Assembly: GCF_001194135.2 (NCBI RefSeq)
Contig: NC_068986.1
Coordinates: 55,201,202 to 55,250,100 of the forward strand
Length of the DNA: 48,899 bases
Direction of reading: 5' to 3'
Origin: Octopus bimaculoides
Taxonomy: Eukaryota
Shown: one piece after another, positions 27,541 to 39,191 of the stretch
Position numbering within the stretch: position 1 is the first letter of the stretch
How the letters are laid out: every line of letters begins with the position of its first letter
The notes under the pieces: model-generated
What the model saw: the letters and a program-made list of their open reading frames with translations, nothing else
What the model was told of the DNA's origin: nothing
Database searches by the model: none
Program-made: the position numbers and the translations under genes

Positions 27541-27710
27541 TTATCCATCGATCGAACAAGGAATATATATTCTAATGCAAAAGTAAAATTTGTGGCGTGT
27601 TATTATGATGTACAAAACAGAGGGGCAGTAACGCCAATACATTCAAATAAAAACTACTGAAAAAAAGAAAATATATGTATCTAAAAAGAAAATTATTATC
27701 AGCCGCCGGA

Positions 27711-27783
27711 TGCCGAAACCCGGGATTGAACCGGGGACCTTTAGATCTTCAGTCTAACGCTCTCCCAACTGAGCTATTTCGGC
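27711..27783 (-). tRNA. tRNA-Phe(GAA): tRNA-Phe(GAA), intact; U51C variant (C51-G63 replaces the U-G wobble)
   Basis: Reverse complement reads GCCGAAATAGCTCAGTTGGGAGAGCGTTAGACTGAAGATCTAAAGGTCCCCGGTTCAATCCCGGGTTTCGGCA. This is a 73-nt cloverleaf with GAA anticodon and intact A/B boxes, followed by a TTTTCTTTTT Pol III terminator about 20 nt downstream. Confidence 0.95.
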
Positions 27784-28015
27784 TGATAAAAATAGATCAC
27801 AAACCGATAGTATTTATTTAATAATAAGGTATGTGTCTGAATTCCTATTTTTTATTTTTGGCTGTAAAGTTGATGTTGGTCAACGATGGATTTTATCATA
27901 CTTAAATTACATTCATAATGAATTAGTGATGCAAGTCTTTAGTAAGAGACCAAAACGAAGTAAGAATATAAACAACAGATTTCCAAGCCTCGTTAGTTTT
28001 GACGTGATGATTATT

Positions 28016-28170
28016 GGCACTATCATGCTATTAGCTGTCAGAAGTGAAAGTGCTCACTGCCTGCTAGTGAAGTATCTGTCTGTCTGCCTGTCTGCCTGCA
28101 TGCCTGTTGCTGGCCTGTCGATTCTTTGGCTACTGACAGCTAATACCATGACTGGCCGGAGCGAGCTATA

Positions 28171-28229
<59 letters not shown>

Positions 28230-28581
28230 TACTCGAAAGTTCGCGCGTCCGCGCTAGCTAGTCGTGAGTAGAAAACACAAATTTAATATAAAAACATATT
28301 TCCTGAAATTGCAAATTATTTAAAATATAAAAATATAATTTTCAACAGAGAGAATTTATCAAAATAGAAAACAAATGAAGTTTGAAGTTTAAAAATAATA
28401 GGATCGACCACTCACGACTAGCTAGCGCGGACGCGCGAACTTTCGAGTAATAGATAGATAGAGAAACAGACAGACAGACAGACATATAGCTCGCTCCGGC
28501 CACAGGCATGCAGGCAGACAGACAGATACTTCACTAGCAGTGAGCACTTTCACTTCTGACAGCTAATAGCATGATAGTGTC
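28016..28581. mobile_element. Palindromic non-autonomous DNA transposon with long TIRs and an 8-bp TSD
   Basis: Arms at 28016-28269 and 28410-28581 are reverse complements (the left arm carries extra sequence) around a 140-bp AT-rich spacer. TGATTATT is directly repeated at 28008-28015 and 28582-28589. Confidence 0.85.
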
Positions 28582-28774
28582 TGATTATTTCATCATGCTT
28601 CTATTTGAAGTTTCTTCCTTCAGTCGTTCTTCAAGTATAAAATTCATTAAACATCTCATACACGCTATTTGTTTTAAGTTCGTCTCTAAATATAAAATAA
28701 ATCATTTAAAAATGTATTATCAAAATTTTTCAAAATTATCAGTACATGAAATTATTATTGGCATTTTTTTTTTC

Positions 28775-29024
28775 GGTACTATTCAAGAAGAGTGGTCGCG
28801 GTGCGCGCACTCGCACACTCACGCATCCGCGCTAGCGAGTCGTGACTAGTCGATCCTACGACTACCTAGCGCGAGTGCGCGTCATGCGCAAAACATGTAT
28901 GAGGATTTTTTTGTAAACAATGTAAATAATTTTTTTACACAAAGTAAATAATTTTTTTAAACAAAGTAAATAAATTATACACTACCTGTTTTTGGTAAAG
29001 GGACCACTCTTCTTGAATAGTACC
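28775..29024. mobile_element. 250-bp MITE with perfect 23-bp TIRs
   Basis: ggtactattcaagaagagtggtc (28775-28797) and gaccactcttcttgaatagtacc (29002-29024); tttttttttc flanks both sides. Confidence 0.85.
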
Positions 29025-30026
29025 TTTTTTTTTCCATTATTTTATAAAAAAAAATCAAGATAACATCAAGAAATATACAAACGTAATAATCTGTATTGTA
29101 ATTAAATTGTTGGTGAAGAGATTAATATGTTTATATAAAGCAAAACATTAATTCGAAGACTATTTAAAACAGTGTAAATAAAAAATGAGAAGAACCTCAT
29201 CTGTATTATATAATAATATAATTAAAATTAAAAGATAATGAATACCTATTGTACATATAAATAGAATATAAATTCAATTTGATATCTATGCGTTTTTTTA
29301 ATAGTAACTCCGATACTTCCCGTTCAATGCTCGATCTTGAAGGTATTCCAGCTCGATCGACCCCGTCACTTTTATTTACTTCTACCAATATGGGTACGTC
29401 TAGGACTACTACATCTAATGGGTGTTTCTTAATTTTCAAGATGGAAGGATATGATTTGAGTAAGATTTGGCTGCTGTTTCTAACTGGTCAGGCTGCCACA
29501 TGCTCTGTTCGTTACTTTCGCAGCGTAGCTGTTGTTGTTTAACCCGATGTTAGCCGTCTTCGAACAGAGATACGATAAAACATGTCTTTTTGTATATCGA
29601 AGAGTGTATAACCCATGTATCCAAACCCTTTTAAATTGGAATTGTGTAATTTATGGGTTACTCTTTTTAGTAGTTCAGGGGACTTGGATCAGGCTACGTC
29701 GTTGACTATTAAGTCTCACAGTCTCTACTAACTTGTGACCAATGGATGTCTTTCTTCTTTTACAATTTCTTTGTTTGTCCTTCTTTGTCTCCTCTATGAT
29801 TAGCCCCCTGTGGACAATAGAGAAATAAATTTCTTATGGAAGAATTGGGAGAATTTACAGACGTTATTTCTATAGCTGCTACAGATATAACAAAAGATAT
29901 CCGAAATAAACAAGTACTCACAATTAAATGCGCGCTAGCAGATAACAATAAAAATAGCCATACAAACTCTCATATATTCTGCTAACAACTAAAATATACT
30001 GTTATATAGAACATTTCTTAATTCAA

Positions 30027-30122
<96 letters not shown>

Positions 30123-31164
30123 AAGAGAAAAGGAGAGAGGTGTGAAAGAGAGAGAGAGAAAGAGAAAGACACACACTCTATCTGCAGTTATGTTGCTCAT
30201 TTTATTTTGTGTGAGTGAAAACAAAGAGTAAAGAGTACTCTGTACATTTTACTATCAAAAACCAAATACTTCGGAAATTGTTACTCCGAGTTTTCCGTTC
30301 GTAATCTTCGGTCAACACTATATGTTTGTATGGTTATCTGGATTATTTTTCAAATTACTCACCAATGGAGAACGAACTACTTTACAGCGTCAACTGGAGT
30401 GTCTTGTGTTCGTGTGCGTGTATTTACGAATGTATGTTTATATGTATGCATATACACAAATGTGCTTGTACGCGTATAAATATACATGTTTAGGTACACG
30501 AACACTTGAGTGCGTATGTTGATCATATTACATACTAAACATTTTCCATGTTTTACATATTTTCACAGTGTCTTTAATGGCTTGTAGCTGTAATCTCTTA
30601 ATTGAGTTCTTTTGGGTTTTGTGAAACCCAGATTCTTGAAATTGGTACCGAGGCAGTTCGTCACATTACCAAGTTCTCCAAGGAGGAGTTCGGATTTCTC
30701 ATGAGTTCGGTACAGATGTTTTCTTTGTTACCAATCTTTAACAGTATGTTGATATTTATGGGGCATCTGATTTCAACTAATCCGCAAAGTTTTCTCATCA
30801 AAATTTCAATAAATTGCGAAGATAGTAGGATAAGCATAATAATCCGTCCCTGATCATTATGTCTGGCGTGTTATTCTTGCATTTTATTGACGTCTTGACA
30901 GGAACATTTCACTAGCATTCTCACATACTATGTGTGAGAAAATGAGGTTCGGCATAAAATGGTAGAAAGTCGCTGTAAATTGATATAACATTATAAATCC
31001 AGTGTTAGAAAGGAAAGCTAGGTGGTATAGATGGGACATGGAATGAATTCGAGATGAAATGAACGAAGATAAACTAATGAAAGGAATAGTTCTTCGGGGG
31101 TAAAGCAAAATTCCAAGGGAAAAAAAAGACAACGAAAAAGAAAACTAGCAGACCAGCCACCGGA

Positions 31165-31237
31165 TGCCGAAACCCGGGATTGAACCAGGGACCTTTAGAT
31201 CTTCAGTCTAACGCTCTCCCAACTGAGCTATTTCGGC
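31165..31237 (-). tRNA. tRNA-Phe(GAA): tRNA-Phe(GAA), intact, majority sequence
   Basis: 73-nt canonical metazoan tRNA-Phe; identical to the copies at 41097 and 43717; T-run terminator downstream (plus-strand aaaaagaaaa near 31135-31144). Confidence 0.96.
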
Positions 31238-31883
31238 TGGTGATATTTTATATCTAAACTATTAATGTCACTTGTATTATCTCTCAAATAGATTATTTAC
31301 TTTCTTGCCAAAGACATTCTAATACAGATACTGGATTTTTAATACAAAGCGATAAATTTAAGGTCACTTTAATCAATTATAACAAGCTTAGTACTTTACT
31401 ATGACATATTTCTTTAATTCTGCCATCGTCACTAGTCAGAGCTGCAGCTAAAATCAGCTGGCTGGTTTGAAAGTAAAACAAGTAGAATAAAGACATATTT
31501 TGGCTAGATATAGCTGGTTTAGATGTTAAAGAATGAAAAAAAACTGCAAATGGGCAGGAAGTAAACAGTCAAATATTTTCTCGGGCAAAAATGAAAGGAG
31601 TCATAAATTTTTTGAGGCTGTAAAGCAGGTCGTGAAGAAAGAGCATGACGTTAGGTATCAAATGGCAGAAGTTCGCAGAAAATTGATGCAATATGATACT
31701 ATATATATATAGCTTATATGTGAGGAGCTGGATAGAAAAGCTGGGACATGGATTGTAAGTCGGGTTGAATTCGATGTGAAATGAACGGGCAAAAAATATT
31801 GAAATGAATAGTTCTTAAGGGCTAACATATGATTTTAACGTAGAGAGAATTAAGTACGAAAGGGAAGCAAACCGACTACCAGC

Positions 31884-31948
31884 TGTCAAAACTCGGGATT
31901 GAATCAAAGACCTTTAGTCTAACGCTCTCCCGACTGAACAATTTCGGT
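31884..31948 (-). pseudogene. tRNA-Phe pseudogene lacking the anticodon loop
   Basis: 65 nt; an 8-nt deletion (atcttcag) removes the anticodon, plus several point substitutions. Confidence 0.9.
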
Positions 31949-33016
31949 TGGCGACAATGTTTCACAAAATTATCGATGTCACTCGTATATCGATCAAATT
32001 ATTTATATTTCTGTCAAAGACTTTTTATTGTAGATTTTGGAATTAACAGAAACTGAGGGAATTTTAATCAATTATATCCAACTCAGTATTTTACCATAAC
32101 TGATTTTATTGACCACCCACTATCAGCGCCCAGTATTACAGCTGAAATCAGAACATAATTAAATACTGCAAAGTATTAAAACTAGCTATCTAGCGGATAC
32201 ACTAATTTGGTGTGGAACAGAGAAACATAGGTAAGAAAAAAGGGAAAGAGAGAAAGAAAGACGACTCAGTGATGCTTGATAAATTTTATTAGAGACCGAA
32301 AACCTCTGAAATTATTGTTCCAAGCTCTTCGGTCGAAAATATGTGAATTGCGTGTTTACCTGGTTTTGCTTTCCGAATTATTCACCACTGGAGAAATACC
32401 CTTTTCTTAGCCTAGAAACAAAGTTCTTTATTGGATTTTACACTGCATCTACAACATAGTCTTATATATATGTACTTTATATGTGTATATGTATGTCCAT
32501 ACGTACGCGTGTTTGTATATACGTATACATGCACGCATGAATGTGTGTACATGTGTGAATATACATATTTGTGCATACGCAGAGAAGGTGTGGATGTTAT
32601 TCCATATGGAGATCATTATAAATGCTAAACTCATTCAGTTTTTTTACATATTTTCACAGTGTCTTTAAGCTATGATCTCTTGATCAAGCGTGTTCTTTCT
32701 GGTTTTGTGAAATCCAGTCTCACAAAACTGGTATCAAGACTGTTCGTAACGTTACCGAGTGCCCCTGTAATTATGAGTAGAAATCTAAAGCTATAGTCCA
32801 GATTTCTCACCAGATTTCTTTGCCACCGTTTTTTAACATTAACTATTAACTATTGGACATCTAATTTCATCTAATCTGCATAGTTTTCCTCTCAGGGCCT
32901 CAATAAATTGCAAGCATAGTAGGATGAGCATAATAATCAGTCGCAGATCATTGTGACTGGCGCGTTATTCTTAGATTTTATAGAACTCTTGACAGAAATA
33001 TTTCACTTGCATTCTC

Positions 33017-33256
33017 ATTTCATTTCTTTATTGCCCACAAGGGGCTAAACATAGAGGGAACAAACAAGGACAGACGAACGGATTGAGTCGATCACATCGA
33101 CCTCAGTGCGTAACTGGTACTTAATTTATCGACCCCGAAAGGATGAAAGGCAAAGTCGACCTCGGCGGAATTTGAACTCAGAACGTAACGGCAGACGAAA
33201 TACCGCTAAGCATCTCGCCTGGCGTTCTAACGTTTCTGCCAGCTCGCCGCCTTGCA
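33017..33256 (-). mobile_element. Young SINE family 1 insertion (tail A) with a 15-bp TSD
   Basis: ttcacttgcattctc at 33002-33016 and 33257-33271; the site is empty in the paralogous spacer near 38490. Confidence 0.93.
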
Positions 33257-33943
33257 TTCACTTGCATTCTCTCGTATTATGTATGATTTATACCCTTCAT
33301 ATCACTATAGTTTATTATAGTTGTATTTTCAGGATTATCCTTTGTATGGATTTCGTTCTAGCTATGATCTTATCTCATAGATAAGTAATACCGTGGAGAC
33401 ATTTTCGGACGGCTACTCCAGGTGTCAAGATTAGAAGAATGAAACGGAAAGAAATGTCGTTAAAACGATTAGAAATGTCATGCAATATCTTAAGGAAAAA
33501 ACAATGCAAATATTAAATAAAAACTGAGTAAATTCAAGAATTTCCTCAGAAAATGCAAGGCTCATGATGCAAACTGGGCGAAAGGTGTAGTCAGAAATTG
33601 TTTGAGACTAAAATGCAAGGGAACATGAGGTTTATACAAAAAATAGAAAATCGTAGAAAATTTATCTAATATAATTCTATAAATCTGGTGTTTTGACAAA
33701 GAAGATTGACTGGAACCTAGGATCGAAATCGCAGAATATTGATGTAATATTACAAATCAAGTGTTTTGATAGACAAGCTAGATGAAATAACCGGAACCTG
33801 GAATAGAAGATGGACTGAATCTCATATGAAATGAATGAAAGAAAAAGATCAAGTAAAGGAAAAATTCTTCATGGCTAAAACAAAATTTGAACGAAAGCAC
33901 AATACAAAGCACGAAAGAAAAAGAATGTAGACCAGCCGGCAGA

Positions 33944-34016
33944 TGCCGAAGCAGGGGACTGAATTAGGGACCTTTAAATCTTCAGTCTAACGATCTCCCA
34001 ACTGAGCTATTTCAAC
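33944..34016 (-). pseudogene. tRNA-Phe pseudogene
   Basis: Full length with 10 substitutions versus the majority copy, including G52/G53 (box B, T-stem) and G2-adjacent acceptor positions; anticodon still GAA. Confidence 0.9.
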
Positions 34017-34246
34017 TAGTAACACTAATAGATAAAATTATTCCTCTCATGCGTATTGTATATCAATCAAATTATTTGTATTCTTGCCAAAAACATTTTA
34101 TTGTAGATATTGGAGTCTTAACATAAAACGGTGGATTGGGGTAGATTTTAATGAGTTATATTCAACTCAGAATTTCACCTCTGCTTTCAGTAGAAAGCAG
34201 AACGTAAATAAAATTCGCAAAATATTTAATGTCTCTCTAGTAATTC

Positions 34247-34305
<59 letters not shown>

Positions 34306-34769
34306 NNNNNNNNNNNNNNNNNNNNNNNNNNNNNNNNNNNNNNNNNNNNNNNNNNNNNNNNNNNNNNNNNNNNNNNNNNNNNNNNNNNNNNNNNNNNNNN
34401 NNNNNNNNNNNNNNNNNNNNNNNNNNNNNNNNNNNNNNNNNNNNNNNNNNNNNNNNNNNNNNNNNNNNNNNNNNNNNNNNNNNNNNNNNNNNNNNNNNNN
34501 NNNNNNNNNNNNNNNNNNNNNNNNNNNNNNNNNNNNNNNNNNNNNNNNNNNNNNNNNNNNNNNNNNNNNNNNNNNNNNNNNNNNNNNNNNNNNNNNNNNN
34601 NNNNNNNNNNNNNNNNNNNNNNNNNNNNNNNNNNNNNNNNNNNNNNNNNNNNNNNNNNNNNNNNNNNNNNNNNNNNNNNNNNNNNNNNNNNNNNNNNNNN
34701 NNNNNNNNNNNNNNNNNNNNNNNNNNNNNNNNNNNNNNNNNNNNNNNNNNNNNNNNNNNNNNNNNNNNN

Positions 34770-34813
<44 letters not shown>

Positions 34814-34954
34814 CTGTGTGTCTGTGTGTCTGTGTTCACTTGAGAGAGAACAAGGCTAAAAGAGTACTTAGTAATGATTAGTTATATTATACTTATATTA
34901 TACTAGAAACCAAAACTTCTTCAGAAATTGTTACTCCGAATTTTCCATCTTCAT

Positions 34955-34993
34955 ATCAGAAGGCTGCGTGTTCGAATCACGTCCGGGTCACCA
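34955..34993 (+). pseudogene. 3' half (positions 38-76, including CCA) of tRNA-Trp
   Basis: atcagaaggctgcgtgttcgaatcacgtccgggtcacca matches the 3' half of metazoan tRNA-Trp(CCA) as I recall it (ATCAGAAGGCTGCGTGTTCGAATCACGTCGGGGTCA plus CCA) with one mismatch. It is absent from the homologous spacers at about 30.3, 40.1 and 46.9 kb. Confidence 0.85.
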
Positions 34994-36264
34994 TTTTAGA
35001 TGTATGTATGTATGTATGTATGTATGATTAACTGGTTTTATTTTTCGAATTATCACCAATGGGGAAATTATATTTTTCTATCTTCGAAACTAATCTTTCA
35101 TAGGAATCTACACAGCTGCAATAAAATAGTCTTATACATATGCATCTTATACGTATGTATATCCGTATCCATGCATTTAAGAATGTACATATGTATGCAT
35201 GCACACTCAAATATATGCATGTACACGTATGAATATACGTATGTTTGAGCACATACAAAGTTCGGTACTGATACAGATGTTATTCCATTTGTAGATCATA
35301 TATAATGCTAAACTTTCTCAGTATTTTACATATTTTCACAGTGCTTTCAATAGCTTGTAGCTGTAATCTCTTGATCTAGCGAGTTTTTCTGGTTTTGTGA
35401 GACCCAGCTGCTCAAAATTGGTACTGAGACAGTTCGTCGCGTTACCAAGTGCTCCAATAATTATGAGAAAAAATCTAAGGCTATTGTCCTGATTTCTCAT
35501 CATTTCGGCGCAGACGTTTTCTTTTTCACTAATCTTTGACATTAAGTTCACAAATTCTGAATATCTGATTATAACTAATTGCATAATTTTCTCATCCAGT
35601 TTTGCGAGGCAGACAAAATAATCTGACTCAGATCATTACATTTGGCCTGTTGTTTTTGGATTTCATTGCACTGGAATGTTTTCACTTGTATTCTTTCAAT
35701 TTATGAGTGATTTATGCCCTCTATATCACTGTAGCACATTACATCGCTATACTCGGGATTGTTTTGTGTTCCATTTGATTCAAGCCACAACATCATGTCT
35801 CATAGGTAGATATCGCTGAGATGACAATTTCGGGGATTAACTTATGTCAAGATAACAAGAAAAGAGAAGAAATGACATTTTAAACAGTTATGTAGAAGAA
35901 ATGACAGTAAAATGAAATGATGTGTTCTCTTTAATAAAACTGCAGATAGTGGACAGTAAACGGAGTCAAATGTTTCCTCGGAACAAGGTGAAAGCTGGAG
36001 TTAGAAATTGTTTGAGGTTGTAATGCAATTCGTGAAGAGAATGATGTTAGACATAAAATGGTGGAAAGTCGCAGTAAATTGATGAATATTATAAATTTCA
36101 TGTTAAAGAGAGAAGATAGATAGAATAGCTGAATCTGGAATAGAAGATGGGTCGAATTCGGGATGATACAAACAGGAAAAAAAATCATTGAAAGGATCTA
36201 AAACAAAATTCCAAAGTAAACAAAATACGAAGAGCGCCAAAGATTTCACAGACCAGCCACCGGA

Positions 36265-36337
36265 TGCCGAAATCCGGGATTGAACCAGAGACCTTTAGAT
36301 CTTCAGTCTAACGCTCTCCCAACTGAGCTATTTCGGC
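36265..36337 (-). tRNA. tRNA-Phe(GAA): tRNA-Phe(GAA), intact, with compensatory U49-A65 pair
   Basis: Differs from the majority copy only at plus 36273 (c>t, G65A) and 36289 (g>a, C49U); these two positions pair in the T-stem. Confidence 0.93.
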
Positions 36338-36391
36338 AGGTAATAACGTTACTCTAAACTGTCGATGTTACTTGTAATATATATCGGATAT

Positions 36392-36578
36392 AAGGTGGCG
36401 AGCTGGCAGAATCGTTAGCACGCTGGGTGAAATGCTTAGCAGTGGTTTGTCTTCCGTTACGTCCTGGGTGCAAATTCTGCCGAAGTCGACTTTGCCTTTC
36501 ATCCTTTCGGGGTCGATGTAATCGACTAGTCCCCTCCCGTCAAAATTTCAGGCTTTCTGCCTATTGTAGAAATAATTA
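36392..36578 (+). mobile_element. SINE family 1 (tail B) with an internal deletion
   Basis: Intact head; the segment between the two ggggtcgat repeats is lost. Confidence 0.85.
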
Positions 36579-36800
36579 TAGATCAGATAGATTATATACT
36601 TTTTGCTTAAGACTTTTTATTATAGATTCTGGATTTTGAACATAAAGCGACATGTTTAAGGACACTTTTATCTTTTATCTTTTACTTTTTTCGGTTATTA
36701 GACTGTGGCCATGCTGGGGCATCACCTCCAAGATGAAAATTTCGGACAGCGATATATGTCAAGATAACAAAATAGAGAAGAAATGACGTAATCCCTTTGA

Positions 36801-37018
36801 CCCTTTAGCATTCAGATTATTCAGTCTAATGTAATGCTTATTTATTCATATTGTCTTAAATTAATCATGCAATATCTTGTAGCTTCGAGACTTCGATGAT
36901 ATCGTTTATATTTCTAAAACGACATTGTAGGGAGTGGGAAGAGGCCATACCTAGCCAGATTGAATATAACGCGGGTAGAATATTTTGGCTAGATATAGCT
37001 GGTTTAAATGCTAAAGAG
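36801..37018. mobile_element. piggyBac-like MITE
   Basis: Ends ccctttagcatt and aatgctaaagag with degenerate TTAA-like flanks (ttga, tgaa); a right-half remnant also lies near 31455-31530. Confidence 0.65.
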
Positions 37019-37343
37019 TGAATATAAACTGCAAATGGTAGATAGAAAGTAAATAGTCAATTGTTTTCTTGGAGAAGATGAAAGGTGGAGTCATGACTAT
37101 TTTGAGGCTGTAATGCAAGTCATGAAGAAGGAGCGTGATGTTAGGTATCATGAAAGTTCGCAGAAAATTGATGCAACATTAGACTATGAAAATAGCTTTT
37201 GAGAGAATAACTAGCACATGGACCAGATTTTGGGTCAAATCTGGTGTGAAATGAACGGGAAAAAATATCATTAAAAGGAATAGTTCTTTGGGGGTTAACA
37301 TAAAATTTAAAAGAAAGAAAAAAACGGTACACCAGCCAGCAGA

Positions 37344-37416
37344 TGCCGAAACCCGGGATCGAACCAGGGACCTTTAGATCTTCAGTCTAACGCTCTCCCA
37401 ACTGAGCTATTTCGGC
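37344..37416 (-). tRNA. tRNA-Phe(GAA): tRNA-Phe(GAA), intact, G57 variant
   Basis: 73-nt cloverleaf with T-loop TTCGATC; one difference from the majority copy; T7 terminator downstream. Confidence 0.96.
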
Positions 37417-39120
37417 CGGTGTTTAACTGTGTCTAAACTATCTATATCTTGCGTATTGTATATCAATTCATTCGTGTTGCTATCAATACATTGTATTGCA
37501 GACACTGGAATCTTAACAGAAAGTGCCAAACTGAGGAAACTTTAATCAATTATATACAACTCTATATTTCACTATCACAGACTTCAATGACTACCTACTA
37601 CCACCATCCAGAGTTATAGTTGAAATCAAAACACAATTGAATACCGCAAGCTATTTAAACTAACTCTCGTATTGCACCATTGTTGTGTGTGAGAGTGAAA
37701 CAGAGGGACAAAGACAGAAAATAAGAGACAAGAGTATTCAGTAATAACTGTTGTATGTAGTATACCAGAAACCAAAATTCAGATATTATTGCAACAAGTT
37801 TTCTTCTCCTGACCTCGAAAGTATGTCTGTGTATGTATGATTACCTGTTTTATTTTTCGAATTACCAGTGGAGAAATACCCTTTCTCCAGCCTAGAGACT
37901 ACACAGGAATTTATATACAGACTTATATGTATGTACTTTATATGTGTGTATGTATATTCATACGTACGCATGTATATTTGTATGTTTGTATGTATGTATA
38001 GATGTGCACATATACATGCCTGAATAAACATATATTTGCGCATATGCACAGAAGGGAGAGGTATGGATGTCATCACATACGTAGATTATATGCTAAGCTT
38101 TTTTCCATATCTACATATTTTGACGATGTCTTTAATAGCTTGTAGCTGTACTCACATGGTTCAACGTATTCTTTCTGGTTTGGGGAAACCCAGTTTCTCA
38201 CATTTGGAACAAGACAGTCCGTCACATTACCAAGTGCTCCAATAACTATAAGTAGAAATCTAAAACTAAAATTCTCCGCGCATTTCACATCAGCTCGACG
38301 CATGTTTTCTTTGTCACCAATTTTTAACATTATGTTGATAGCTGTGAGGCATCTGATTTCGACTTATAAGCAAGGTTTTCCCGTCGAGACTTCAATGAAA
38401 TGCAAGTATAGTTGGAGGAGCACAATTCGTCCCAGATTATTATGTCTGGCGTGTTATTCTTGCATTTTATTGATGTCTTGAAAGGAACGTTTCACTAGCA
38501 TTCCCTCATGCTATGTTGTCATTCATATTGTGATTTACGTCACTGTCATTTACTATATTTGTATCCTCGGGATTTTCCTTTGTATGAATTTAGTTATAGC
38601 CACGACATCATGTCTAATAGGTAAAACCGTAATGACATTCTCGGACGGCTGCTTATGATGTCAAGATTAGAAAAATGAAATGAAAAGAAATATCGTTAAG
38701 ACGGTAAAATAAAATCAGTCAGAGTTTTAAGATAACATCAGCTTAACCAATCACGTTATTTTAAGAAAAATCAAGTAATATTTTAAGGAGTAAAAACAGG
38801 AAAATATTGGATGAGAAGTGAAAAATTTTCAGAACTTCCTCTGACGACGCAAGGCATTTGGTGCAAACTGGGCGAAAGGTGTAGTCAGAAATCGTTTGAG
38901 ATTGTAATGCAAGTCGTGAATTGGGAACATGAGGTTTATACATAAAATGGGAGGAAGTCGCAGGGGTTTGATGGAGAAGCTAGATGAAATAGCAGGAACC
39001 TGCAATCGAAGATGGGTCGAATCCGATACGAAATGAATGAAGAAATAAGATCATTGAAAGGAATAGTTCCTCAGCGGTAAAATACAATTTGAACGAAAGT
39101 AAAATGAAGCAGACCAGCCA

Positions 39121-39191
39121 CCGATACTAAGGATTGAACCAGGTACCTTTAGATTTTTAGTCTAACGCTCTCCCAAGTGAGCTATTACGGT
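39121..39191 (-). pseudogene. tRNA-Phe pseudogene (anticodon mutated to AAA, 3' end eroded)
   Basis: Plus ggattgaaccaggtacctttagatttttagtctaacgctctcccaagtgagctattacggt aligns to tRNA-Phe; the acceptor 3' strand is degraded. Confidence 0.85.

Noticed and set aside
34955-34993. Interpreting the tRNA-Trp fragment as the PBS of an LTR element
   Set aside because: It is 39 nt rather than about 18 nt, no LTR ending in CA abuts it, and array spacer continues on both sides.
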